A stretch of DNA of 32,000 nucleotides from Erysipelotrichaceae bacterium MTC7 (GCA_001695645.1 LVZN01000034.1:60001-92000), one strand, 5' to 3'. Positions 1 through 7,912 are shown, numbered from the stretch's first letter. Notes: generated from the letters alone by a model not told the origin. A program made the numbers and translations.

Positions 1-2
1 AT

Positions 3-443
3 GTGGAATTCCCAGAGGAGAGTTTTGATGTAATATTAAGTTCACTTGCGTTTCACTATGTAGCAGATTATGAGATTTTAGTAAAAAAGATATCTAGAAT
101 GCTGAAAGTTGGCGGTAACTTAGTTTTTACAGTTGAACATCCTGTTTTTACTGCTTATGGAACACAAGATTGGTACTATGACGAAAAAGGAGAGATACTG
201 CATTTTCCGGTGGATAATTATTATTATGAGGGAAAACGAACAGCTGTGTTTTTGGGAGAAGAGGTTACAAAATATCATAGAACATTGACCACATATCTAA
301 ATACACTGCTTTCTAATGGTTTTATAATAAATCAAGTTGTAGAGCCACAGCCACCGAAAAATATGATGGGTATTCCGGGGATGGAGGATGAAATGCGCCG
401 TCCCATGATGCTGATTGTATCTGCAAGTAAAAAACAAGAATAG
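3..443 (+). CDS. class I SAM-dependent methyltransferase, C-terminal part (5' end lies outside the window)
   Basis: ORF is open to the window start. LSSLAFHYV...MLKVGGNLVFTVEHP resembles the post-motif region of Methyltransf_11-type enzymes. Stop at 441-443. Confidence 0.7.
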   Translation: MEFPEESFDVILSSLAFHYVADYEILVKKISRMLKVGGNLVFTVEHPVFTAYGTQDWYYDEKGEILHFPVDNYYYEGKRTAVFLGEEVTKYHRTLTTYLNTLLSNGFIINQVVEPQPPKNMMGIPGMEDEMRRPMMLIVSASKKQE

Positions 444-476
444 AAAATATTGAAGATATAAACGAGGAGTATGTAA

Positions 477-1340
477 ATGAGAACAGAACAGGAAATAATG
501 GATACAATACTTTCCGTAGCAAAAAGTGACGATCGTATTAGGATTGTGACCCTCGAGGGGTCACGCACAAATATTAATATACCTAAAGATGAATTTCAGG
601 ATTATGATATTACATATTTTGTGACGGATATGAAATCACTTCTATCTAGTGATGATTGGCTTAGTCAATTTGGGAATATCATAATGATGCAAAAGCCGGA
701 GAATATGGAGCTTTTTCCACCTGAAGAAAAAGGGTACTCATATCTTATGCTTTTTGATGATTATAATAAAATTGATCTTACATTATTGCCGCTAGAAGAT
801 TTGGATGATTATTTAAATGGTGCTAATTTGATAAAGGTTCTGATTGATAAAGATTGTAGAATTAAAACGGACATAGTTCCGACTGATATAGATTATCATG
901 TAAGAAAGCCAAGTGCACGGGAGTATGATGATTGCTGCAATGAATTTTGGCATGTAACACCTTATGTTGTTAAAGGATTGTGCCGCAAAGAGATACTGTT
1001 TGCAATCGATCATCTGAACCAGATTCTACGGTTTGAACTACTTAGAATGATGTCATGGAAGGTTGGAATAGAAACAGGATTTACAGTGAGTGTCGGCAAG
1101 AATTATAAATTTTTAGATAAGTATATACCAGAAGATTTATGGAATAGATTGCTATCTACATATCGTATGGATTCCTATGAAAATGTTTGGAAGTCATTAT
1201 TTATATGCCACCAATTGTTTAGGGAAGTGTCCAAAGAAGTAGCAGAACTACTGGGGTTTGATTATCCAGAGTATGATAAAAAAGTAATAGGGTATGTCAA
1301 TGATATGTATGAAAAACATGTCGGAAATGATTATTACTAG
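477..1340 (+). CDS. ant(6): aminoglycoside 6-nucleotidyltransferase, ANT(6)-I family (streptomycin adenylyltransferase, AadE-like)
   Basis: Long blocks I recognise from ANT(6)-Ia/AadE: IRIVTLEGSR.NINIPKDEFQDYDITYFV, NIIMMQKPE.MELFPPEEKG.SYLMLFDDYNKIDLTLLP, DYHVRKPSAREYDDCCNEFW. SD GAGGAG lies 7 nt upstream of the ATG. Confidence 0.9.
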   Translation: MRTEQEIMDTILSVAKSDDRIRIVTLEGSRTNINIPKDEFQDYDITYFVTDMKSLLSSDDWLSQFGNIIMMQKPENMELFPPEEKGYSYLMLFDDYNKIDLTLLPLEDLDDYLNGANLIKVLIDKDCRIKTDIVPTDIDYHVRKPSAREYDDCCNEFWHVTPYVVKGLCRKEILFAIDHLNQILRFELLRMMSWKVGIETGFTVSVGKNYKFLDKYIPEDLWNRLLSTYRMDSYENVWKSLFICHQLFREVSKEVAELLGFDYPEYDKKVIGYVNDMYEKHVGNDYY

Positions 1341-1400
1341 GATTAGTGAAAAAATGTAAATTTTTCTAACAACGAGAAGTTAATTAATGGGGGTGAATAC

Positions 1401-2339
1401 TTGAAGAACTGGATAAATCGTATTCCAAAGCTTGTACTGGATAAAGTAAAGGCATCCGGTAAAACAGGGGTCGAATGGCTTGAGAGTTTAGATTATCTTA
1501 TATATATTTTGGAGAAAAGATGGGAGATTGAAGTGATAAAAGTCCTTGAAGGCGGCACCCACGCCTTTATTGGAGAAGCTATTACTCAAAGTAGCAAAAG
1601 GGTAATATTAAAACTATCAATGCATGAAATGATAGGTGAAACCGAATTCGAGAATGAAATTAAAGCTCTTGAATTGGCAGATGGAAATGGCTATGTTCAA
1701 TTACTTCAGTATGATTTAAGTTGTGGCGCAGCATTATTGGAACAACTCGGTAAACCGCTTAAAATCCTAAATTTTCCAGTCAATAATCAAATAGAAATAA
1801 TCTGTAATACTTTAAGAAAGTCTTGGATTGAAATTCCGAATGGTACTAATCTCCAAGATGGAAAGGATATTTGCTCTTTCTTTTCCAATTTTTTTGATGG
1901 CCTGTACAAAGAATTTTCTACCCTGATTTCTAGAAAAACTATGGATAAAGTGCTTATGGTATGTGAATCTCGTTTGGATGCATTTATTCCAGAGAAATCT
2001 GTTTTGGTACACGGTGATCCTCATAATGCAAACTTATTACAGGATTTATATAGCAACGAGTTTAAGCTAATCGACCCAGATGGTATTTTTTGTGAGCCCG
2101 CCTACGATTTAGGCATACTTATGAGAGAATGGCCAGATGAATTGGTCGATAATCCTATCATATTGGGTGAAAAACGTTGTGAACTTTTAAGTAACCTGAC
2201 AAATGTAGAAAGTCAATTAATATGGGAGTGGGGTTTAATTCAATGTGTAGCCACTGGGTTATTATTGGTGAAAACAGGACAAAAACAAGAAGGTATAAAG
2301 CTTCTTAATATTGCAGAATCATGGGCTAAACGCTTTTGA
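1401..2339 (+). CDS. aminoglycoside phosphotransferase-fold kinase, APH(6)/APH_6_hur-like
   Basis: TTG start preceded by SD GGGGGTG. Kinase catalytic-loop motif LVHGDPHNANLL and downstream LIDPDG. Size and layout fit streptomycin 6-kinase-type proteins. Confidence 0.6.
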   Translation: MKNWINRIPKLVLDKVKASGKTGVEWLESLDYLIYILEKRWEIEVIKVLEGGTHAFIGEAITQSSKRVILKLSMHEMIGETEFENEIKALELADGNGYVQLLQYDLSCGAALLEQLGKPLKILNFPVNNQIEIICNTLRKSWIEIPNGTNLQDGKDICSFFSNFFDGLYKEFSTLISRKTMDKVLMVCESRLDAFIPEKSVLVHGDPHNANLLQDLYSNEFKLIDPDGIFCEPAYDLGILMREWPDELVDNPIILGEKRCELLSNLTNVESQLIWEWGLIQCVATGLLLVKTGQKQEGIKLLNIAESWAKRF

Positions 2340-2358
2340 CAACAAGGAGGTAAATCAT

Positions 2359-2949
2359 ATGCGATCAATACAAGATAGTCACAGCTTCAGGTATAGGAGC
2401 GATGAAGAACTTCAGAAACTCACGTTGGGCAAGCTGAATCCCCATAACGCATACATTACTCTCGTCGAATACGATCCGAACTGGCCTGAGCTGTTTGAGC
2501 AGGAGGCTGCTCGGATTCGTTCCGTACTCGGCAACAAAGCGCTGCAGATTGAACATGTGGGTTCGACCTCGGTACCAGGGCTGTGTGCCAAGCCAATCAT
2601 TGATATGCTGCTGGTTGTGAAGGACTCTGCCGACGAGCTATCATATGTCCCAGCATTAGAAGCTGCCGGCTATATATTGCGGATTCGGGAGTCTGACTGG
2701 TTCGAGCGTCGTCTGTTTAAAGGACCCGATACCGACATCAATCTGCATGTGTTCAGTTCGGGCACATCAGAGATTGATAGAATGTTACGTTTTCGAGATT
2801 GGTTACGTTCCAATGAAAACGACCAGGAGAAATATGCACAAGTCAAGCGAAGCTTGGCAAAGAATAAGTGGCGACATATTCAGCACTACGCGGATGCCAA
2901 AACGTCGATAGTCCAGGAAATCATGGAACGAGCGAATGCAATTAAGTAG
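2359..2949 (+). CDS. GrpB (UPF0157) nucleotidyltransferase-fold family protein
   Basis: EHVGSTSVPGLCAKPIIDML motif. SD AAGGAGG at 2344-2350 supports ATG 2359 rather than the ORF-track start 2311. The gene body is visibly more GC-rich than its neighbours. Confidence 0.75.
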   Translation: MRSIQDSHSFRYRSDEELQKLTLGKLNPHNAYITLVEYDPNWPELFEQEAARIRSVLGNKALQIEHVGSTSVPGLCAKPIIDMLLVVKDSADELSYVPALEAAGYILRIRESDWFERRLFKGPDTDINLHVFSSGTSEIDRMLRFRDWLRSNENDQEKYAQVKRSLAKNKWRHIQHYADAKTSIVQEIMERANAIK

Positions 2950-2987
2950 TACGACAAACATACTTTTTATATTACTGAGGAGAGGAT

Positions 2988-3932
2988 ATGATTAGGTTTA
3001 ATAATATATTAGAAAAACAATATAGTATAAATTGTATCAATATTACCGCTCAAGCAGGTGGCTGGTCGGCTCTTGCATATAAAGTATTCGATGGTGAGAA
3101 GGACTATTTTCTAAAAGTCTACGAAAAAAGTAGAGCTTCAACACCAAAACTGACAGCCCTTATTGATACCTATGTACCAATTACCATGTGGCTGAATGAG
3201 AATACGGATATGAAAGGAAAACTCTCTGTTCCATTGCTAACCAAAGATGGCAAGTCTAAGTGTGAAGATGACAATGGAATATATTTGCTTTACAAATATA
3301 TTGATGGCACAACCGTAGGTAGCAACGAATTGACGGAGAAGCAGGTGCAGCAGCTTGCAAAAATAATCGCAACTCTTCATTTATATAATGATAAAATACC
3401 TGTCAATACGAAGTCTATCAGGGAAGATTTTAGCTTGCCATTTCTGAAACAGCTAAAACAAGTATTGCGTAAAGAATGCGCCAGTCTTCCCATGGACTTA
3501 AAATGCTTGCTTGGGGCACACATAAAACCCCTTGAACAATCTATTGACAGAGTTGAAGGACTGTCGGAGATTCTAAGACGAAGTAATCCTAAAATGGCCC
3601 TATGCCATACAGATATTCATAATTGGAACTTGATGCAACGGGATGAGCAGTTAGTTCTAATTGACTGGGAAGGCTTGAAATTGGCTCCAGTAGAAGCTGA
3701 TCTCATGTTTTTTGTTGATAAGCCATATTATGATGTATTTATGAACATATACCTGAAATTACACAAAGATTTTTTAATCAATACGGATGCTTTGTTATTC
3801 TATCATATTAGACGTAAACTAGAAGATATATGGGAGTTTATTGAACAACTTTTATATGACAATCAAGAGGATAAGGAAAGAAATGAAACTATAAAAGTTC
3901 TTGATGGTGAACTGAATAACTTAGTGTTTTGA
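2988..3932 (+). CDS. phosphotransferase enzyme family protein (APH/choline-kinase fold), substrate unknown
   Basis: Catalytic loop LCHTDIHNWNLM and metal-binding LIDWEG. SD GAGGAGAGG upstream. Confidence 0.65.
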   Translation: MIRFNNILEKQYSINCINITAQAGGWSALAYKVFDGEKDYFLKVYEKSRASTPKLTALIDTYVPITMWLNENTDMKGKLSVPLLTKDGKSKCEDDNGIYLLYKYIDGTTVGSNELTEKQVQQLAKIIATLHLYNDKIPVNTKSIREDFSLPFLKQLKQVLRKECASLPMDLKCLLGAHIKPLEQSIDRVEGLSEILRRSNPKMALCHTDIHNWNLMQRDEQLVLIDWEGLKLAPVEADLMFFVDKPYYDVFMNIYLKLHKDFLINTDALLFYHIRRKLEDIWEFIEQLLYDNQEDKERNETIKVLDGELNNLVF

Positions 3933-3977
3933 AAAAAGAATAACGTATTATTAAGCTAAATAATATTGGAGAAGAAA

Positions 3978-4367
3978 ATGAATAAACAAGAATTATATCA
4001 AATTGCTTTCAGTATAATTAATCATAAAAAGTTACGGAACTTTGGAACTTCAGGGCATGTTGCGTGCGCGTTGGAGACAAATAGCGGTAACATCTTTACA
4101 GGAATATGCATTGACTTGCCCTGTTCTATTGGCTTATGCGCTGAACAGTCAGCTATTGCTGAAATGGTAAAGAACAATGAAACTGCAATCAAAAGGATTA
4201 TCGCTGTATTTGAAGATGGGAGTATACTTCCACCATGTGGAAGGTGCAGAGAGTTTATTGCACAGATAGATAATCAAAATATAGAGACCCAAATTGTATT
4301 ACCTGAAATGGAAGAAGTGTTGCTGAAAGATTTATTACCAGAAAGGTGGGATGGCAAATGGAACTGA
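3978..4367 (+). CDS. cytidine-deaminase-fold zinc enzyme, blasticidin-S-deaminase-like
   Basis: Zinc/catalytic motifs CAEQSAI and PPCGRCREFI in a protein of about 130 aa. GGAG at 3968-3971 supports ATG 3978 over TTG 3966. Confidence 0.6.
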   Translation: MNKQELYQIAFSIINHKKLRNFGTSGHVACALETNSGNIFTGICIDLPCSIGLCAEQSAIAEMVKNNETAIKRIIAVFEDGSILPPCGRCREFIAQIDNQNIETQIVLPEMEEVLLKDLLPERWDGKWN

Positions 4368-5050
4368 AAAAGATAACTAGCAGGGTCTTTTATTATCCAC
4401 ATCAACCAGAAACTGATCGGCCTATGTTGGCATACTTAAATGGAGATAAAATTGCACTTGCCATTGATGCAGGAAATTCAGCAGACCATGTTGATGAATT
4501 TTATAAATCCCTAGAAATCGAGGACCTAAAGAAGCCAGATTTTACTGTCATCACTCATTGGCACTGGGACCATACCTTTGGAATGCATAAAATTCACGGA
4601 TTGTCCATTGCACACCATAAAACCAACGAGTTTTTGAAACAGGAAAGAGCCAAACTATCTGACAGTGCATATATAAAATTTTTGATAAATGATGATGAGT
4701 GCCTAGCTAGAGAATATGTAGATAATAAAAGAATTATTGCCGTTCTATCGGATATCCAATTTGAAAAAGAGCTTACCCTTAATCTCGGTGGAATAACCGC
4801 AAAGATTTTTCATACGGTTTCACCCCATTCGGAAGATACGGTGCTTATCTATATTCCTGAGGAAAAAATATTGTTCTTGGGAGATTCAACAAGCGAGGAT
4901 TTCTACAATGATGGGTATATGGATAAAGAAAAATTAATGTCATTAACAAATTTGATAGAAAGTTTCGACTGTAAGTATTGTATTTTAAGTCATGCAGAGC
5001 CTCTAACTAAATCAGATTTATTAGATTACTTAAAATCCATTCTAAAATAA
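4358..5050 (+). CDS. MBL-fold metallo-hydrolase
   Basis: HxHxDH motif ITHWHWDHTFG. SD AGGTGGG upstream of ATG 4358. Overlaps the preceding gene by 10 nt. Confidence 0.7.
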   Translation: MELKKITSRVFYYPHQPETDRPMLAYLNGDKIALAIDAGNSADHVDEFYKSLEIEDLKKPDFTVITHWHWDHTFGMHKIHGLSIAHHKTNEFLKQERAKLSDSAYIKFLINDDECLAREYVDNKRIIAVLSDIQFEKELTLNLGGITAKIFHTVSPHSEDTVLIYIPEEKILFLGDSTSEDFYNDGYMDKEKLMSLTNLIESFDCKYCILSHAEPLTKSDLLDYLKSILK

Positions 5051-5068
5051 TAATCCATGAGGTGTATT

Positions 5069-5080
5069 GATATGTTCCCG
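5069..5080 (+). repeat. 12-bp direct repeat GATATGTTCCCG, copy 1
   Basis: Exact match to 5108-5119. Both encode DMFP. Confidence 0.8.
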
Positions 5081-5107
5081 TCTACCGATAGCCCCAAAAA
5101 CGCAGTG

Positions 5108-5119
5108 GATATGTTCCCG
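5108..5119 (+). repeat. 12-bp direct repeat GATATGTTCCCG, copy 2
   Basis: Exact match to 5069-5080, 39 bp apart and in the same frame. Confidence 0.8.
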
Positions 5120-5233
5120 AGAACGGACACACTCAAATGACATTCATTCTATCCTCTCAAGCCACGTTGAGACGGTCGTATTGATGTCAAGGGGCGATAA
5201 ATAAGAGTGTAAAAGTGCATGATATAAAGGGAT

Positions 5234-5286
5234 TTCCGTGATTTTGAACTCATATTCAACTGGGTTCAAAGTCACGGGATTTTTTA
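5234..5286 (+). terminator. Rho-independent terminator downstream of the rumA tail
   Basis: 16-bp stem, TTCCGTGATTTTGAAC / GTTCAAAGTCACGGGA. It pairs fully only as plus-strand RNA (two G-U pairs) and is followed by TTTTTT. Confidence 0.6.
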
Positions 5287-5293
5287 TTGTGAG

Positions 5294-5306
5294 AACATAT
5301 CTAAAA
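5294..5306. repeat. inverted repeat arm AACATATCTAAAA (partner at 7900-7912)
   Basis: 13-nt exact inverted match. The reverse complement contains GATATGTTC, the same core as the rumA DMFP repeats. Confidence 0.4.
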
Positions 5307-5390
5307 CCATAAAAACACAAGGTTGTGTGGACATTATTACTTTTTGGCTACCGAGTTGACGAAATTACTGTCAAAAAGCTGGCTTCACTG

Positions 5391-5413
5391 ATGCCTTTAT
5401 AAAATATGATTAA
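5391..5413 (+). repeat. 23-bp perfect direct repeat ATGCCTTTATAAAATATGATTAA, left copy
   Basis: Identical to 7828-7850. Confidence 0.9.
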
Positions 5414-5433
5414 TATTTATTTACTACAAAATG

Positions 5434-5481
5434 ATAAAGGCCATGCTGTCTAGATTAAAATCTAGACAGCATGGCCTTTAT
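5434..5481. terminator. long perfect hairpin, terminator of the minus-strand permease operon (possibly bidirectional)
   Basis: ATAAAGGCCATGCTGTCTAGAT / ATCTAGACAGCATGGCCTTTAT, roughly 22-bp stem, 22 nt downstream of the stop at 5504. Confidence 0.75.
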
Positions 5482-5503
5482 TCATGGTTTTAGTTTGATG
5501 AAT

Positions 5504-6220
5504 CTATAAATCACTTTCAATCGCCTTAACTGGGCAAACCTTTACTGCTTCATTAAGTTTTTCCTTATTTACTGTATCTTCATCATAATCCTTAACAAAA
5601 GCTTTTTTCCCATCCATTTTAAATACTTCAGGGTAAGTTTTAACACATAAGCTACATCCAATACAAGCCTTTTTATTAATTTCTATACCAACTTTTACTT
5701 CTTCCTTATTCGGAATATCTTCATCTTTTATTATTTTATCAGCAATCCAAGAAAATATGATTATAGCTAAAACAGTTAGAACCCAACGTATGATCATAAA
5801 CTTAGGACCTAGGAATTTTGCCTCGCTTAAAAGCATTGGTATCTTAATTACAGCCCAAGAGCTTAAAATAACTACAATATTTCTTATAGAAGCTCCTTTT
5901 TTATGAAGCATTATTGACATTGGGAAGGCAGCATAAATAGGACCTGCTGAAATGCTACCAATTATAAATGATAAAACTAACCCTTTTCCCTTTGCTTCCT
6001 TTCCTAAAAGTTGCATTATCTTATCCTTAGGAACCCATAAATCTAAAAGGGCTGTTAAAACAAAAATTACAGGCATTATTATTAACATTTCTTTTATATA
6101 ATAAGCACTATTTTTGACTGACTCAAAGGCCATTGTTGGCCTAAAATTACTTATTAAAAGGTATACAAGAAGAACTAGTAAAAAAAATAAATTATCTTTT
6201 GCTTTTTTAATTATGTTCAT
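5504..6220 (-). CDS. permease half (UPF0718/ArsP-like predicted permease) fused to a C-terminal 4Fe-4S ferredoxin domain
   Basis: Multiple TM helices with a GSISAGPIYAAFP-type motif. C-terminal CIGCSLCVKTYP...VCPVKAIE is a CxxCxxC...CP ferredoxin signature. Confidence 0.6.
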   Translation of the reverse strand: MNIIKKAKDNLFFLLVLLVYLLISNFRPTMAFESVKNSAYYIKEMLIIMPVIFVLTALLDLWVPKDKIMQLLGKEAKGKGLVLSFIIGSISAGPIYAAFPMSIMLHKKGASIRNIVVILSSWAVIKIPMLLSEAKFLGPKFMIIRWVLTVLAIIIFSWIADKIIKDEDIPNKEEVKVGIEINKKACIGCSLCVKTYPEVFKMDGKKAFVKDYDEDTVNKEKLNEAVKVCPVKAIESDL

Positions 6221-6699
6221 ATAATTACCCCCATTACAAGTGCAATAACTATTGCAAAAACAAAGCTAAAGCCGTTACGAACTAAGGTGAATTTAGTACC
6301 AAACTCCTTTTTTTCCAGTGGAAATGTAACAAATCCAACCATGGTAAGAGTAGTCAAGAAAGCTACTGAAGGGACAATACCTACTCCTGCATCTACTAAA
6401 TTTCCTATCAAAGGAAAGGCTATAAATGCTGGAACGAGGGTAATTGTTCCAAATAAAGCCGAACCAACAGTTGCCAGAAAAAGAGACTGCTTGCTTACAA
6501 AGCTTGCAATTTCTGTAGGGGGTAAAAATGTTAGGATTAGACCTATTGCTAAAATAATAGAAAAAATGCTTATGGCCATACCTTTTCCCATATTAAGTGC
6601 CATTTTTAAAGCCTTTTTCGTTTTAGCACCATCCTTTTTAAAGGAAACGAAAAGAAAAACAAGAGTAATTAACCATAAAATAATTGTAAATATATCCAC
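6217..6699 (-). CDS. permease half (second subunit of the split predicted permease)
   Basis: 160-aa polytopic membrane protein. A 4-nt ATGA overlap with the downstream gene suggests translational coupling. Confidence 0.55.
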   Translation of the reverse strand: MDIFTIILWLITLVFLFVSFKKDGAKTKKALKMALNMGKGMAISIFSIILAIGLILTFLPPTEIASFVSKQSLFLATVGSALFGTITLVPAFIAFPLIGNLVDAGVGIVPSVAFLTTLTMVGFVTFPLEKKEFGTKFTLVRNGFSFVFAIVIALVMGVII

Positions 6700-6715
6700 T
6701 TTTATCGCCCTCCTT

Positions 6716-7030
6716 TTAAGCTTTTGGTGCTGGTGCTTTTACAACAATGATTTCTAGTGTTTCTTTATGAAGATTTTTTACATTCATTTTTGTCCCCTCT
6801 GGAATCTTTAATAAGGTATTGTAGCTGTATTCATGAGCTTCTTGTTCATCTAAAGCTATAGATAGAACTCCTCTTATAACAGTCATATAGACATTGGAGT
6901 TTGAATAATGCTCTGGTAAACCTTCATTCTCATTAAAAACCATGTGTAGATAATGTATATTTTCATCGAATATAACTTTTTCTACTGCTTTTTCATTGCC
7001 TTTTGATAAATTAAATGTTTTTTCTATCAT
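6716..7030 (-). CDS. cupin domain protein
   Basis: Small beta-barrel-type sequence (HYLHMVF..GLPEHYS..YMTVIRG...IPEGT). SD AAAGGAGAG supports the Met at 7030 rather than 7069. Confidence 0.55.
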   Translation of the reverse strand: MIEKTFNLSKGNEKAVEKVIFDENIHYLHMVFNENEGLPEHYSNSNVYMTVIRGVLSIALDEQEAHEYSYNTLLKIPEGTKMNVKNLHKETLEIIVVKAPAPKA

Positions 7031-7102
7031 TCTAAATCTCTCCTTTATTATTTTAAAATTAAATTTCATATTTCAATCTTACCATCATAAAACTAAATAC
7101 AA

Positions 7103-7131
7103 TAGACACCTATGTTTCTTTTTATTATAAT
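7103..7131 (+). promoter_or_regulatory. sigma-A-type promoter of the crp/fnr-family gene
   Basis: TAGACA, 17 nt spacer, TATAAT. The SD and ATG follow about 20 nt downstream. Confidence 0.5.
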
Positions 7132-7151
7132 TAAAATAAAAAGGGGAACTT

Positions 7152-7790
7152 ATGATTAATATATTAAAGAATATATCACTCTTTAGAAATGTAGATACTT
7201 TGCTTTTAAAAAATGTAATTGGAACCTATAATCTTCAAAATAGAATTTATAATAAGGGTAAAACTGTTCATGACCAAAACGAAGTTTGTTCTGGAATAGA
7301 TGTAATTCTATCAGGCAAGCTTGTTGCTTACTCTTTAACTAGTCGTGGTTCAGAAACAACTGTATTTGAATTTACTAGTGGTGGTGTAGTAGGGGCTAAT
7401 CTTTTGTTTGGTGATAATAACAAATATCCTTTAAATATTTATAGTATAGAGGAAACTAGTCTGATATATATCCCCAAATCTGCTGTAGACACATTGTTGA
7501 AAGATCAGCTTTTTGCAATAGAGTTTATAAAAATTTTATCTTCTAACTCACAAGGTCTTAATAGAAAAATTGCAATATACACCCAAAAATCTTTAAGAGA
7601 AAATCTCACAAACTACCTGTCTGCTCAAGCCAATATTCAAAATTCTAAAACAATCTATCTTCCCATAAGTAAAAAACAACTTGCAGACCATCTTGGTGTT
7701 CAAAGGCCTTCTTTATTTCGTGAATTAAAAAACATGAAGGATGAAGGACTGGTTGAAATTAATAACAGAATAATTACTTTGCTGATTTAG
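7152..7790 (+). CDS. Crp/Fnr family transcriptional regulator
   Basis: N-terminal cNMP-binding-like beta-roll and a C-terminal HTH (ISKKQLADHLGVQRPSLFRELKNMKDEGLV). Confidence 0.8.
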   Translation: MINILKNISLFRNVDTLLLKNVIGTYNLQNRIYNKGKTVHDQNEVCSGIDVILSGKLVAYSLTSRGSETTVFEFTSGGVVGANLLFGDNNKYPLNIYSIEETSLIYIPKSAVDTLLKDQLFAIEFIKILSSNSQGLNRKIAIYTQKSLRENLTNYLSAQANIQNSKTIYLPISKKQLADHLGVQRPSLFRELKNMKDEGLVEINNRIITLLI

Positions 7791-7827
7791 TAAACATCTA
7801 ATATTCTCCACCCTTTACTAGTGATTA

Positions 7828-7850
7828 ATGCCTTTATAAAATATGATTAA
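7828..7850 (+). repeat. 23-bp perfect direct repeat, right copy
   Basis: Identical to 5391-5413. Confidence 0.9.
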
Positions 7851-7855
7851 CGTAT

Positions 7856-7891
7856 AAAAGCCTGTGGGAAAACTCCTGCAGGCATTTTTTT
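7856..7891 (+). terminator. Rho-independent terminator
   Basis: GCCTG..GGG / CCT..CAGGC hairpin flanked by an A-run and TTTTTTT. Confidence 0.55.
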
Positions 7892-7899
7892 ATGCCTTT

Positions 7900-7912
7900 T
7901 TTTAGATATGTT
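7900..7912. repeat. inverted repeat arm TTTTAGATATGTT (partner at 5294-5306)
   Basis: 13-nt exact inverted match, extended by GAGAA with a 2-nt indel. Confidence 0.4.

Larger units (their letters stand above)
5069..5204 (+). pseudogene. rumA: decayed 3' end of a RumA/RlmCD-type 23S rRNA (uracil-5)-methyltransferase gene
   Basis: Translates as IDMFPSTD...VDMFPRTD (two copies in one frame, stop at 5138). In a different frame it reads SHVETVVLMSRGDK* (5160-5204), which matches the C-terminal signature ..VDMFP.T.HVE.VVLLSR of this family as I recall it. No upstream gene body is present. Confidence 0.55.
5391..7850. mobile_element. candidate non-autonomous inserted cassette bounded by 23-bp direct repeats
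   Basis: Perfect 23-bp direct repeats flank four genes that are clearly more AT-rich than the surrounding DNA. No recombinase gene lies inside. Confidence 0.35.

Noticed and set aside
2311-2358. N-terminal extensions offered by the ORF track (2311, 3966, 4346, 7069, 8156, 11753, 13717, 26803, 29827)
   Set aside because: In each case an internal ATG has a well-spaced Shine-Dalgarno sequence and matches the usual N-terminus of the family. The upstream extensions overlap neighbouring genes or lack an SD.
6287-6757. 156-aa plus-strand ORF
   Set aside because: It lies entirely antisense to the permease gene and the cupin 3' end. It has no SD, and its composition is the mirror image of a hydrophobic membrane gene, which is a typical shadow ORF.
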